From Candidatus Micrarchaeota archaeon (GTDB lineage Archaea > Micrarchaeota > Micrarchaeia > Micrarchaeales > Micrarchaeaceae), in assembly GCA_021827525.1 (NCBI GenBank), contig JAKAVJ010000013.1, positions 9,191 through 73,190 of the forward strand: a DNA stretch of 64,000 nucleotides, in the 5' to 3' direction. Shown in pieces: positions 1-10,272 of the stretch. Made by a program: the position numbers and the translations under genes. Positions within the stretch are counted from its first letter, which is position 1; each line of letters starts with the position of its first letter. Under the pieces are notes generated by a model. That model saw nothing but the letters and a program-made list of their open reading frames with translations, was not told the DNA's origin and did not search any database.

Positions 1-8
1 CTGATTGT

Positions 9-112
9 GGGCTCCTGGCGCAACGGTAGCGCGCCTGCATGGCATGCAGGAGGTTGCGGGTTCAAAATGGGCGGATGGACAGCCATGCGCCATGAAAATC
101 CCGCGGAGTCCA
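9..112 (+). tRNA. tRNA-Ala(GGC) with a 32-nt intron in the T-loop (59/60; intron 67..98)
   Basis: Acceptor stem GGGCTCC/GGAGTCC with the G3:U70 Ala determinant; anticodon arm CCTGC-ATGGCAT-GCAGG. The T-arm GCGGG-TTCAAA|T-CCCGC is interrupted by an insert that forms a bulge-helix-bulge (central helix TTCA/TGAA, 3-nt bulges AAA and AAT). Confidence 0.93.
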
Positions 113-176
113 CATTCTTCTTATATGGCGGCAGTGTGCAGACCGTCAAAAAAGAAGAAAAAGAAAAAGTGCGCTT

Positions 177-632
177 TCACTCTACCTTCACGTCGCTGCC
201 CTGCAGCTCCTTGACCTTCTTCAGCTCTATCCTCAATGTTCCATTCTCATAGGTGGCCTTTGCGCTGTTGGGCACTATCTCTCCGGGAAGCTGTATGGCC
301 CTGTAGTAGCCTGACGACGCTCTTTCTTTCATGTAGTAGTCCTTGCCGCGCTCCTCGCTCTCTGAAGACTTGTCGGCGCGTATCACAAGCTCGTCCTTCG
401 TAGCCTTTATCTTTATGTCCTTCTTGTCCATGCCCGGCATGTCCGCCTTGACTATGAACGAGCTGTCCGTATCCTTTATGTCTATGCTTGGCATTGCAAA
501 TCCCTCGTTGAAGAATTCCTGCATGGCCCTGCTAGACCTTCCCATAAGAGCAAAGGGATTGGAAAACCAATCATCGAAGAAGCCCTTGCTGAAAGGGACA
601 GGCTTGTACCTCTTCTTTTCTTCGTCTGCCAT
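177..632 (-). CDS. hsp20: Small heat shock protein (Hsp20/alpha-crystallin)
   Basis: Motifs PSIDIKD, ADMPG, ERASSGYYRAIQLP and ATYENGTLRIEL. Confidence 0.95.
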   Translation of the reverse strand: MADEEKKRYKPVPFSKGFFDDWFSNPFALMGRSSRAMQEFFNEGFAMPSIDIKDTDSSFIVKADMPGMDKKDIKIKATKDELVIRADKSSESEERGKDYYMKERASSGYYRAIQLPGEIVPNSAKATYENGTLRIELKKVKELQGSDVKVE

Positions 633-642
633 ATTATCACTT

Positions 643-661
643 TGTCAAATTTTATTTGACA
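643..661. promoter_or_regulatory. Perfect inverted repeat TGTCAAAT-N3-ATTTGACA; candidate heat-shock operator
   Basis: 8-bp arms in the AT-rich divergent intergenic region between hsp20 and the regulator-grpE-dnaK-dnaJ genes. Confidence 0.55.
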
Positions 662-725
662 TATACAATTTTTTATTATATAAAAGGAAAAATATTTAAA
701 CATATCGCTGCATAAATATAATCGT

Positions 726-1178
726 ATGAAAAAAATTGTCATAAAATCTGTGGACAAGCCGGTTGAAGCCAAAAGCCCCGACGCGATCATATCGTGGTTC
801 TGCGAGGTATTCGGGCTTTCGGGATCTGGCGAGCCGGACAGCATAGAGTCTAACATACTCAAGAGGTTCTTGGTAGCCGCTGCAAGGAACGAGGGCATAT
901 CGAGCTCTGAGATAAAGCTAGGCAAAGATGTGCCGAGGAGCACAGTCATATACCACCTCAACAGGCTCATTGAGAGCGGCCTGGTAGTGAAGAAAGGCAG
1001 GAAGTACTATATGAGGGCGCAGGGCCTATCGACGTCGCTCGAAGAGGTCGAGTATGATATAGATCGGGAGTTCCAGCGTATGATAGACATGGCTAGGGAG
1101 TTCGACAGGCTGTTCGAAATGCGCTACAGGGGCTACGGCAAGATACTCAAGGGAGGCAAGGAGATAAAGGTAGAATAG
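726..1178 (+). CDS. ArsR-like winged-HTH transcriptional regulator at the head of the dnaK operon
   Basis: HTH segment SSSEI...PRSTVIYHLNRLIESGLVVKKGRKY followed by a C-terminal helix. Confidence 0.8.
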   Translation: MKKIVIKSVDKPVEAKSPDAIISWFCEVFGLSGSGEPDSIESNILKRFLVAAARNEGISSSEIKLGKDVPRSTVIYHLNRLIESGLVVKKGRKYYMRAQGLSTSLEEVEYDIDREFQRMIDMAREFDRLFEMRYRGYGKILKGGKEIKVE

Positions 1179-1185
1179 TGATTGC

Positions 1186-1785
1186 ATGACCCAAGGCAAG
1201 GAAGAAAATGGCGGCATTGAAACCGGTAAGGAAGAGAAGAAGGCAGAGGGCAGTGAAAAGGCTGCGAATAACGAGGGCAAAGCGAGAGCCGAAGATAATG
1301 GCGAATTGAAGGAGAGGCTTCTCAGGCTGGCTGCCGAGTTTGATAACTACAAGAAGAGGACAGCCAATGAAGTTAGTACAGCAAAACGCATGGGCGTTGC
1401 AGAACTGATGAAGCCGCTGCTGAACGTGCTTGACGAATTCGAGCTCACGATCATGGCACTTGGCAAGGTCAAGGATGATAATATCTCCAAAGGCATAGAG
1501 ATGCTTTACTCCAATTTCATTGAGGTGCTCAGGTCTTTCGGGCTGAAGGAGGTTGATGCGGATAGCGCATTTGACCCATACAAGCATGAGATAGTGCTCA
1601 CGCGCGAGGACGACTCGACGCCGGGCACAATACTAGAAGTAGTTAAGAAGGGGTATATGCTCGACGACAAGCTTCTGCGGCCTGCTTCGGTTATAGTGGC
1701 CAAGGAGAGGGAAGGCAATGCCGAGACCAAAAGCGGCACCGAAGGAAGCGGTGCAAACAAGGAGGAAATGAAAAAAGAAAAATGA
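1186..1785 (+). CDS. grpE: Nucleotide exchange factor GrpE
   Basis: LRLAAEFDNYKKR, FDPYKHE, KGYMLDDKLLRPASVIV. Confidence 0.97.
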   Translation: MTQGKEENGGIETGKEEKKAEGSEKAANNEGKARAEDNGELKERLLRLAAEFDNYKKRTANEVSTAKRMGVAELMKPLLNVLDEFELTIMALGKVKDDNISKGIEMLYSNFIEVLRSFGLKEVDADSAFDPYKHEIVLTREDDSTPGTILEVVKKGYMLDDKLLRPASVIVAKEREGNAETKSGTEGSGANKEEMKKEK

Positions 1786-1845
1786 TTAATAAGATTGCCA
1801 ATCTAAAACGTATTTACGCAGTTTTTGTTTGAGAGGTGTATAGAA

Positions 1846-3699
1846 ATGAAAGTTATTGGAATAGATTTAGGAACGAGCAACAGCGCAGCTGCTGTGCTCG
1901 AGGGAGGAAGGCCAACGATCATACCCAGCGGGGAGGGTGCAACGATGTACGGGAAGGCATTCCCCAGCTATGTGGCGTTCACGAAAGACGGGCAGAGGCT
2001 CGTGGGCGAGCCAGCGAGGAGGCAGGCAGTAGCGAATGCCGAGGGCACAGTTACCGCGTTCAAGAGGAAGATGGGCACCGATTATCTGTATAGGATATAC
2101 GGGAAGGAGTACAAGCCGCAGGAGCTTTCCGCCATGCTGCTGCAGAAGATAAAGAACGACGCAGAAGCGTTCCTCGGCGAGAAAGTTAGCAAGGCCGTTA
2201 TAACAGTGCCTGCATACTTCAACGACAACCAGAGGCAGGCCACGAAGGATGCAGGAGAGATAGCAGGCCTTGAGGTAGTAAGGCTGGTCAACGAGCCTAC
2301 AGCCGCTTGCCTTGCGTATGGACTGGACAAGGCTGACAAAGAGATGAAGATACTTGTATATGACCTCGGAGGGGGCACACTCGACGTAACCATAATGGAG
2401 TTCGGAGGAGGCGTATTCGAGGTCAAATCGACTAGCGGCGATACTCAGCTCGGCGGCACAGATATGGACAACGCAATAGTAGAGTTTCTGCTGGGCGAAA
2501 TAAAGAGGCAGAATTCCGTCGACATATCCAAGGATATACAGGCCATGCAGAGGCTCAGGGAGGCCGCGGAGAAGGCTAAGATAGAGCTCTCTACGGTCCT
2601 GACGAGCGAGATAAACCTCCCGTTCCTGACACAGGACGCCAACAAGAGCCCTGTGCATTTCACGTATTCGCTGAGCAGGGCGAAGCTTGAGAGCATAGTG
2701 CTTCCGCTAGTTGAACGCTCTACAAAGCCTGTCATGCAGGCGCTGAAGGATGCAAAGCTCGAACCCAGCAACATAGACAAGATAATACTGGTTGGCGGTC
2801 CGACTAGGATGCCTATAGTTCAGAGGTATATAGAACAGCTCCTGGGCAAGAAGGCAGAGAGGGGCGTAGACCCCATGGAAGCCGTGGCGCTTGGAGCCGC
2901 AATACAGGCGGGCGTCCTGACAGGCGAGGTCAAGGACATAGTCCTGCTGGACGTCACTCCACTGACGCTGAGCATTGAGACCCTTGGAGGCGTAGCGACG
3001 CACCTGATAGACAGGAATACGACCATACCGGTAAAGAAATCGCAGATATTCACTACAGCTGAGAATAACCAGACACAGGTCGACATACACGTGGTGCAGG
3101 GAGAGAGGGCGCTGGCCAAGGACAACATAGACCTTGGAAGGTTCCAGCTCACAGGCATACCTCCATCACCGAGGGGCGTGCCGCAGATAGAGGTCACGTT
3201 CGACATAGATTCCAACGGCATACTGCACGTAACTGCGAAAGATATGGCGACAAACAAATCGCAGAGCATGGATATAATCGCGCCCCACAAGATGAGCAAG
3301 GAGGATATAGACAAGAAGATGGACGAATGGAAGAAATATGAGGATGAGGACAAGAAGATAAAGGAGAACATAGAGACGAAGAACGGCGCAGAATCGCTTA
3401 TATACACAACTGAGAGCACCCTCAGGGAATACAAGGACAAGATACCGAAGGATGTCTATGACAGGATAAATGGCATAAAGGAGGACCTTGAAAAAGTGGT
3501 GAAGGCCGAGGACTATGAGGGCATGAAGAGCAAGAGCGAGGATCTGGGCAAGGCGCTGCAGGAGATAGGGTCCAGCATGTACAAAGGGGCGCAGGGACAA
3601 GGAGGGAGCCAGGGCCCAGGGCCAGATGCAGGGCAGGGCGGAAATGATGAGGGCAGCGGCGCTGCCGATGCGGACTTCAAAGTAGAGGGAAATAAATAG
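1846..3699 (+). CDS. dnaK: Chaperone DnaK (Hsp70)
   Basis: [41 protein letters not shown] 1846 follows a GAGGTG RBS. Confidence 0.99.
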   Translation: MKVIGIDLGTSNSAAAVLEGGRPTIIPSGEGATMYGKAFPSYVAFTKDGQRLVGEPARRQAVANAEGTVTAFKRKMGTDYLYRIYGKEYKPQELSAMLLQKIKNDAEAFLGEKVSKAVITVPAYFNDNQRQATKDAGEIAGLEVVRLVNEPTAACLAYGLDKADKEMKILVYDLGGGTLDVTIMEFGGGVFEVKSTSGDTQLGGTDMDNAIVEFLLGEIKRQNSVDISKDIQAMQRLREAAEKAKIELSTVLTSEINLPFLTQDANKSPVHFTYSLSRAKLESIVLPLVERSTKPVMQALKDAKLEPSNIDKIILVGGPTRMPIVQRYIEQLLGKKAERGVDPMEAVALGAAIQAGVLTGEVKDIVLLDVTPLTLSIETLGGVATHLIDRNTTIPVKKSQIFTTAENNQTQVDIHVVQGERALAKDNIDLGRFQLTGIPPSPRGVPQIEVTFDIDSNGILHVTAKDMATNKSQSMDIIAPHKMSKEDIDKKMDEWKKYEDEDKKIKENIETKNGAESLIYTTESTLREYKDKIPKDVYDRINGIKEDLEKVVKAEDYEGMKSKSEDLGKALQEIGSSMYKGAQGQGGSQGPGPDAGQGGNDEGSGAADADFKVEGNK

Positions 3700-3721
3700 A
3701 AGCTAGACAGAAATGATATGA

Positions 3722-4831
3722 ATGGCTGAGGATTTCTACAAGGTCCTTGGGCTGGACAAGGGCGCCAGCCTGGACGACATAAAGCAGGCATACAGGAGGC
3801 TGGCGCTAAAGTACCATCCGGACGTCAACAAGAGCAAGGAAGCGGAGGAAAAGTTCAAGGAGATAAACGAAGCGTACGCAGTGCTCAGCGATCCGGAGAA
3901 GAGGAAGCAGTACGATGCATATGGACCCGACGCATTCAACCAGAGGTTCACGCAGGAGGACATCTTCAGGGGCTTCGATTTCGAGAAGGTGTTCAGGGAT
4001 TTCGGCTTCAACTTCGGCAGCGACGATTTCGGCAGCAGCATATTCGAGGATATGTTCGGGTTCTCGCACAGCGCAAGGAATGCGGACATGGGCAATGATA
4101 TACTTGCAAGGGTAAACATCACGCTCAAGGAGGCATACACAGGCACTGAGAAGAAGCTCAGGGTCAAGCATGTTGCCATATGCGAGACATGCGGAGGGTC
4201 GGGCGCCGAGCCAGGAAGCAGGGTAGTGAAATGCGACAAATGCAACGGCACGGGACAGGTGAAGATTACCAGGAGGACACCGTTCGGCATCATGCAGACC
4301 ATATCCGCGTGCCCGAAGTGCGGCGGCTCTGGTAAGGTGTTCGAAAAGGTATGCCATTCCTGCGGAGGCTCGGGGAAGAGGGTAGTAGAACAGACAATAG
4401 ACGTATCGATACCGAAGGGAGTAGAAGACGGGATGAGGCTCAGGGTCAGGGGAATGGGCGATTACGGCAAGGACAGGAGCGGGGATCTATACGTAGAGGT
4501 GCATGTGCAGAAGAGCCCTGATTTCGAGCGCAGCGATGAAAACATATACACCAGCGTGCATGTTCCTTTCTACACAGCGATGACGGGCGGTAGGATAAGC
4601 GTGCCGACTCTTGAGGGGAACAAGGAGATCGATATTGAAGAAGGCACGCAGCCAGATGCGAGAGTGGTGCTTAAGGGCTACGGCATGCCGCTCTTCAGGT
4701 CCAGCGGAAAGGGCGACGAGATAGTCACAATAAAGATAGACATGCCCAAGAGCCTGACGAAGGAGCAGAGGGAGCTGGCCGCAAGGTTCGAGGAGCTCGA
4801 CAAGAAAAAGAAAAGGTTCGGCCTTTTCTAA
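3722..4831 (+). CDS. dnaJ: Chaperone DnaJ
   Basis: J-domain HPD motif, G/F-rich region, four CxxCxGxG zinc motifs. Confidence 0.98.
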   Translation: MAEDFYKVLGLDKGASLDDIKQAYRRLALKYHPDVNKSKEAEEKFKEINEAYAVLSDPEKRKQYDAYGPDAFNQRFTQEDIFRGFDFEKVFRDFGFNFGSDDFGSSIFEDMFGFSHSARNADMGNDILARVNITLKEAYTGTEKKLRVKHVAICETCGGSGAEPGSRVVKCDKCNGTGQVKITRRTPFGIMQTISACPKCGGSGKVFEKVCHSCGGSGKRVVEQTIDVSIPKGVEDGMRLRVRGMGDYGKDRSGDLYVEVHVQKSPDFERSDENIYTSVHVPFYTAMTGGRISVPTLEGNKEIDIEEGTQPDARVVLKGYGMPLFRSSGKGDEIVTIKIDMPKSLTKEQRELAARFEELDKKKKRFGLF

Positions 4832-4945
4832 ATCCATGAGAGGCGGAGCTCCTGTGTATATTCCACAACAAGGAGCTATAGGCAAACTATTAATATCTGA
4901 CCTACTTATACCATATCGTACTTTTGCTTTCTTTTGGGGGTCAAC

Positions 4946-7009
4946 ATGGCTGATGCTATAACTGAGGGGATAAAGCTCAAGTTCGATGAGTTCTTCGAGC
5001 GGCATTACAAGGAAGCGATAGAGTCCCTGATGATCTCCTATCCGGAGAAGGTAAGCATCAAGGTTGACTTCAAGGACCTGGAGAAGTTCGACCCGGAGCT
5101 CGCCAACGAGCTGATAGATAATCCCGACATAGTAATGGCCGGGGCTAACGAGTCGCTCAGGGGCATGATGGCTGGTGTTGTCACAGATGAGCACGAGACG
5201 CACGTGAGGGTATTCGGCCAGACAGTCAATGTTCCTCTGGTGCAGGACGTCGGCTCAAAGTACATAAGCAAGATGATAATGCTTGACAGCCTCATAGTCA
5301 AGCGCTCTGAGATAAATCCCAAGGTAAAGATAGGCGCGTTCAAGTGCTCCTACTGCGGTGCATCGTTCAAGGTAGATGTAGAGAAAGACGAAGTGCCCGA
5401 GGTATGCCCGCAGTGCAAGAGGAAGGCGCTGAAGCAGATAGCTGAGGAATCGAGATTCATAAACCTGCAGAAGATAGCGGTGCAGGATCCGCTAGAAAAG
5501 CTAAGGGGAAACACGCCAACATGGCAGCTCGAGGTATGGATAGAGGATGACTTAGTCAATACTGTTATACCTGGAGACAGGATAGAGCTCACAGGTATAC
5601 TCAGGATAAGGCCAAGGCGCAATGCGAGGGGCAAGACCGAGAAGAATGTATATACGATGTTCCTCGACACGATATCGATAGTGCCGAAGCAGAAGGAGTT
5701 CGCCGAGCTGAACATAACAGAGGAGGATGAGAGGAAGATAAAGGAGCTCTCGAAGGATCCATCAATATTTGACAAGATAAGCACGTCTATTGCGCCCTCC
5801 ATATACGGCTACAAGGAGATTAAGCAGGCAGTGGCGTTGCAGCTCTTCGGCGGCACGCCAGGGAAGACGCTCGTCGATGGAGGGATAATAAGGAGCGATA
5901 TGCACATACTGCTCATAGGGGATCCCGGAAGCGCAAAGACAAGGATATTGCAGTCTGTGACAAGATTAGTGCCGAAAGGCATATACGTCAGCGGCAAATC
6001 CGTTACAGGAGGAGGGATGACAGCAGTTGCCGAGAGGGACGATTTTTCGGAAGGTGGCTGGACTCTAAAAGCGGGGGCACTGGTTTTGGGGAGTGGAGGA
6101 ATTGTATGCATAGACGAATTTGATAAGATAGGCGACGAAGACAGGGCCGCGCTCCACGAAGCGCTTGAATCGCAGACAGTAAGCGTTGCGAAGGCCGGGA
6201 TAATAGCGACCTTCAGCGCCAAGGCGGCGGTGCTAGCAGCTGCAAACCCAAAATATGGAAGGTTTGACCAGAACATGTATCCCGCTGAGCAATTCGATAT
6301 TCCACCAACACTTCTTTCCAGGTTTGACCTTATATTCCCTATAAAGGACATACTCGACGAGGCGCTCGACAGGGACATAGCCAAGCACATACTTACCCAG
6401 CACGAAGCCGCAGGCGCCAAGATAGCTGACATAGAGGACTATGCGCAGGTAGAAGAACCGCCAATAGATGCCGAACTGCTTCGCGAATACATAGCCTATT
6501 CAAAGCGGAATGTGTTCCCGCGGCTAAGTTCTGAGGCCATAGACAGGATAGAGAGCTATTATGTTGAGCTTAGGAAAAGCGGAGCTAAGCAGGGCGCAGT
6601 GCCGATAACGCCGCGACAGATAGAAGGCCTTGTGAGGATGGCAGAGGCGAGCGCAAAGACAAGGCTTTCGGAGATAGTAGAGGTAGGTGATGCGGACAGG
6701 GCCATAACGCTTTCTGAATACATGCTCAAGACATTGGCAGTGGATAGCGGAGGCAGGCGCGACATAGACACTATACTGACAGGCATGCCGAGGGAGAAGG
6801 TTGATAAACTCAACGCCATGCTTGCCATAATAAAGAAGCTCGAGGAGTCTGAGGGCAGCGCAAAGATACAGAGGATAGTAGAAGAAGCCGAGAAGGGAGG
6901 GATAGACGCAAACGTTGCCAATAAATATGTCAACGAGCTCGAGAGGAGCGGAGACATATTCTCCCCTAGGCCGGGAGTTATAAAGACGGTAAAGCACGAG
7001 TCTGAATGA
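4946..7009 (+). CDS. mcm: Replicative helicase MCM
   Basis: Zn finger CSYC...CPQC, Walker A GDPGSAKT, IDEFDK, LLSRFDLIF, ITPRQIEG; ATG at 4946 preferred over the upstream TTG. Confidence 0.98.
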   Translation: MADAITEGIKLKFDEFFERHYKEAIESLMISYPEKVSIKVDFKDLEKFDPELANELIDNPDIVMAGANESLRGMMAGVVTDEHETHVRVFGQTVNVPLVQDVGSKYISKMIMLDSLIVKRSEINPKVKIGAFKCSYCGASFKVDVEKDEVPEVCPQCKRKALKQIAEESRFINLQKIAVQDPLEKLRGNTPTWQLEVWIEDDLVNTVIPGDRIELTGILRIRPRRNARGKTEKNVYTMFLDTISIVPKQKEFAELNITEEDERKIKELSKDPSIFDKISTSIAPSIYGYKEIKQAVALQLFGGTPGKTLVDGGIIRSDMHILLIGDPGSAKTRILQSVTRLVPKGIYVSGKSVTGGGMTAVAERDDFSEGGWTLKAGALVLGSGGIVCIDEFDKIGDEDRAALHEALESQTVSVAKAGIIATFSAKAAVLAAANPKYGRFDQNMYPAEQFDIPPTLLSRFDLIFPIKDILDEALDRDIAKHILTQHEAAGAKIADIEDYAQVEEPPIDAELLREYIAYSKRNVFPRLSSEAIDRIESYYVELRKSGAKQGAVPITPRQIEGLVRMAEASAKTRLSEIVEVGDADRAITLSEYMLKTLAVDSGGRRDIDTILTGMPREKVDKLNAMLAIIKKLEESEGSAKIQRIVEEAEKGGIDANVANKYVNELERSGDIFSPRPGVIKTVKHESE

Positions 7010-7019
7010 TAAATAGGAT

Positions 7020-7255
7020 AGTGGTGCGCCGTAGCCTCCCTTCTGTTTTAGATGGCATTTGACTAAGCGGCTTCAAGCCTTGCACACTCACTGTGCCCAA
7101 GCTGGCACGTTTCATCCGTTCAGCGCGCTCGTAATGTCACAGCTATGCGCCTTGCCGGTATCGTTTCTGCTCCAGCCATGGGCGATTAGGCCCTGATGCA
7201 CTCTGTGTGGGGAGAGCTTCCTCCGTACGAAACGGTGAGCCATCCGCGCACCACC
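7020..7255 (-). ncRNA. rnpB: RNase P RNA (compact, ~236 nt)
   Basis: Minus strand shows P1 GGTGGTGCGC/GCGCACCACT, CR-I GAGGAAGCTCTCC, CR-II GCAGAAAC, CR-III GGATGAAAC and CR-V AACAGAAGGGAGGCTAC; TATA-like TTAAATA upstream. Ends are approximate. Confidence 0.88.
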
Positions 7256-7299
7256 GCTAATCTTATAAATAAGCAGTTATTTAAGCATTCTGAAGCCGA

Positions 7300-7767
7300 T
7301 CAGGTTGTGTTAAGCACCTTGGTGGCGTTGCTCACTGCACCGACAGCCTTGCCGGTGCTGTTTATTACGTGTGTCACTGTGTGCGACACGCCCACTATGT
7401 CCTTGAAGAAACCAACAATGCTGCTTATCAGGCCGGAGACTCCGGAAAGCGTAAGGGTGCCGGTGGTAAAGAAGCTGTATGCCACGGATGCAAGTATGAA
7501 CAGCAGTATGAGCACCAATATGGTCTTGATCACGTCCTTGAGGAACTTGAAACCTATGAATATGACCACGACTATCAGTATTATGCCTATTATTACTGAG
7601 AGGTATTTCGGTGGCGTGTAGCTCTGGCTTACTACCGAAGATATGTTCAGGGACGAGCTCGAAGCTGCGAACGATATGCTTCCCATTAGAAGCAAAGATA
7701 TAGCAAGCAGGATGTACATAGATTTGTGTTGCGCCATGCCATAACCCATATTGTTATCGTGTCTCAC
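7300..7767 (-). CDS. Hypothetical membrane protein
   Basis: Signal-like N-terminus plus two hydrophobic helices; start codon uncertain. Confidence 0.7.
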   Translation of the reverse strand: MRHDNNMGYGMAQHKSMYILLAISLLLMGSISFAASSSSLNISSVVSQSYTPPKYLSVIIGIILIVVVIFIGFKFLKDVIKTILVLILLFILASVAYSFFTTGTLTLSGVSGLISSIVGFFKDIVGVSHTVTHVINSTGKAVGAVSNATKVLNTT

Positions 7768-7804
7768 TTTTAAAAACCTTTAGGCATGTCTTGCCCTAGA
7801 TGCG

Positions 7805-8002
7805 TTATGGTATCGCCAATTTTATGTCTGATGCGTCCACTGTTTTTCTCTTTGCATGCTGCGCCAATTTTACGGCTTTCTGAGCCACTTCGAATGCTGT
7901 CTTCTCAAGGTACTTCTTGAACTCTTGCTTTGCCTCCTTGCTCACCCTTGATGCTCCGGCATCCTTAAGCATCTTTTCCACAGAACTTTCTGAAATATAC
8001 AT
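7805..8002 (-). CDS. Archaeal histone (HMf-like histone fold)
   Basis: GASRVSKEA...AVKLAQHAKRKTVDASDIKLA. Confidence 0.95.
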   Translation of the reverse strand: MYISESSVEKMLKDAGASRVSKEAKQEFKKYLEKTAFEVAQKAVKLAQHAKRKTVDASDIKLAIP

Positions 8003-8129
8003 AACACCACTTTATCCAAGAGCATGAAGCAATAGGCCCCATGCAGCCCAGATAATGTTTTATTCTAAGCACATTATTAAAACCTTATCTGACATAGTTG
8101 ATTATGCCTGAACATAGAGTGGGATTATT

Positions 8130-9776
8130 GTGAAAATAGCGCGCGCAAAAGTTAGTATGTATTATCTGCTGCTTGTTGCAATATTAGTTCTCGGATCGGC
8201 ATTGGCGATTGCACTTTATGCAGGACCTAATTACATGTATGACGACATATGGTATATAGAAGCGGCGCACCTGTTGGCACAGGGCAACAGCACCTTCATA
8301 CTATCTAAGTTCTCATTCGCATTCTTCAAAACGGTAATATTGGCGGTGTCATTCAAGGTTTTTGGGTATGGAAGCGTGCAGGCAATTCTACCCAATTTTG
8401 CATACTTTCTAGTAACCATATACTTAGTGTTTCTCATAGGCAAGCGCATGAACGGCTATGCGTTGGGATTGATAGCCGCATTCATCGCCGCGATAACCCC
8501 CTTCTTTGTAGCGCATGCCACTAGGGTGAACCCCGATGTTGACTTAGGAATGGTCCTTGCGCTCATATTATACCTTTTCTTCAGATATGTAGATACGTCA
8601 AAATCAAAACGGCATACTGGTTTGTATATGCCTTTTATGATAGGGCTTGCGACTTCATTTGCAGTATATTTTAAGATAGAGGGTTTTATTGTCATATTTG
8701 CTATGGTTGCATCTATCCTGGTTCTGTATATATACTTTAACACAAACGCTAAACGCGACATAAGGTATCGTAGGATTATGAACAAGCGGTTTATTGCATA
8801 TTCGGCGATTGGCCTAGTTGCGGGATTATCATTATACCTTTTGGTGTTTTACATATTCACCGGAAACCCTTTCTGGATTATTGGTGGCTATAATGGTGCC
8901 ATAACGCCTTCGGGTCTTAGTAGGCAAGCTATAATAGTGGGCTTACTCAATCCAAATACCCTGTACTTAAACAGTACCAACTTCGATCCAGACCTAGTCC
9001 CTCTCGGATTGGTGTATATCTTTGCAATTATAGGCACCCTACTAGGAGTGAAGAAACGCAATGCTGCGATATCGTTTATGAGCCTGATCACATGGATAAT
9101 ATTTCTCTACCTTTTTTTTGGGCCAGCATCACCATCACGATTTATAATCGTACCTACAGTAAGTAGGTTTTTTAGCTCTTTGATAGCACCTCTATCAATA
9201 CTCTCTGGTTATCTCGTATTATCAGTTTATAGGGGCGCCAATAGATATGTAGGCTCTAAGTGGAATTTGGGTCTGCTGCTATCCTTGCTTATGATAATCC
9301 TGCTGGTGGCTATAAACGTGCCTATGTATATCGGTTACCATGCATATGCATCTACAATACACAAAACTAGTAGATTATTTAGCAGCATTAACAGTGAACT
9401 ATTAAGGTTAGCCGCTGGCAGCAACATGACAGTATACCTGAATAATTCTGTTGGCTTCAGGCAGAATTTTAATTTAGGTATGCGATTTGTAAGCGGCTAT
9501 AGCAGATATGAAACCTTCTTTGATATCGCCGCTTCGGTTCAGAATGGTTTTACTGTATATGCATGCCCTAGCGTACTCCCATCACATGCATATCTAGTGG
9601 CTCTTACACCCATATATATGGCCGACAATTCTAGCGGTATCAGCAGCACCATAGAAAATTGGACTGGAAGCAACTGCACTCTAAACGAGGTCTGGAACTA
9701 TTCTGAGGAAAATAGATATTACATAGATATGTTGCCGCAAAGAGTAAGGATTTACAGCGTGACGGAAACACGATAG
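8130..9776 (+). CDS. GT-C fold membrane glycosyltransferase (PMT/ArnT-like)
   Basis: DD motif after the first TM (YDDIWY), many TM helices, ATRVNPD, and a C-terminal extracellular domain with N-x-S/T sequons. Confidence 0.75.
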   Translation: MKIARAKVSMYYLLLVAILVLGSALAIALYAGPNYMYDDIWYIEAAHLLAQGNSTFILSKFSFAFFKTVILAVSFKVFGYGSVQAILPNFAYFLVTIYLVFLIGKRMNGYALGLIAAFIAAITPFFVAHATRVNPDVDLGMVLALILYLFFRYVDTSKSKRHTGLYMPFMIGLATSFAVYFKIEGFIVIFAMVASILVLYIYFNTNAKRDIRYRRIMNKRFIAYSAIGLVAGLSLYLLVFYIFTGNPFWIIGGYNGAITPSGLSRQAIIVGLLNPNTLYLNSTNFDPDLVPLGLVYIFAIIGTLLGVKKRNAAISFMSLITWIIFLYLFFGPASPSRFIIVPTVSRFFSSLIAPLSILSGYLVLSVYRGANRYVGSKWNLGLLLSLLMIILLVAINVPMYIGYHAYASTIHKTSRLFSSINSELLRLAAGSNMTVYLNNSVGFRQNFNLGMRFVSGYSRYETFFDIAASVQNGFTVYACPSVLPSHAYLVALTPIYMADNSSGISSTIENWTGSNCTLNEVWNYSEENRYYIDMLPQRVRIYSVTETR

Positions 9777-9817
9777 ATGTATAACACCACGCAGGCACGC
9801 ATCGCAGATTGGTGGTC

Positions 9818-9836
9818 ATTGCATTTGCTCTGGTCG
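9818..9836. repeat. Direct repeat of the tRNA-Glu 3' end and flank (att-like), distal copy
   Basis: ATTGCATTTGCTCTGGTCG matches ATTGTATTTGCTCTGGTCG at 12453..12471 (18/19 identical). Confidence 0.7.
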
Positions 9837-10272
9837 CCTCAACAACAGAAATAGCATTCACCTATGTCATACAGCGCAATATATTTCACTGGTATATAGA
9901 GTATTTACCATCATGGCTTTGTTGGAAATAGACATTTGAGTTTCAAGCATGTTAGGGTTTCGTCCGTAAGATATGATTTTAGCTGTTGAATTTTCCTATA
10001 TAATACGTATTTTACCTTTTTGCTATCTTCTTACTACTTCGCAATACTGTACATTCATGTACATCTTATCCAATATGCAATAAAGCAGGAAAATGCACCA
10101 GCGTCAGTCAGCTTCTGGTTCTTATATTTTAGGTTGCTTATCTTTCAATGATCGTCTTGCCGGTATAAGTAGACTTTATAGCCGAAAGGGAGAGGCCTGC
10201 TTTACATGCAATCCTTATTTATATCCATGGATGTATATTTAAAAATTCAATAACCCAATAAATCATGATTTA

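Noticed and set aside
5..252. ORFs 5..214 and 7..252
   Set aside because: They overlap the intron-containing tRNA-Ala and the hsp20 3' end; no protein features
1792..1804. Palindrome AGATTG-C-CAATCT upstream of dnaK
   Set aside because: Only 6-bp arms and unlike the 643-661 repeat; could be chance
1867..6997. Many long antisense ORFs over dnaK, dnaJ and mcm (and similar ones throughout the window)
   Set aside because: Shadow frames of well-supported genes, expected from codon bias
4946..7009. Intein in MCM
   Set aside because: Normal length (~690 aa), contiguous motifs, no intein splice signatures
7196..7621. 141-aa plus-strand ORF
   Set aside because: Antisense shadow of the membrane-protein gene and the RNase P RNA
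9840..10270. Possible pseudogene or integrase remnant in the AT-rich gap
   Set aside because: No recognisable reading frame or motif by eye; a translated homology search would be needed
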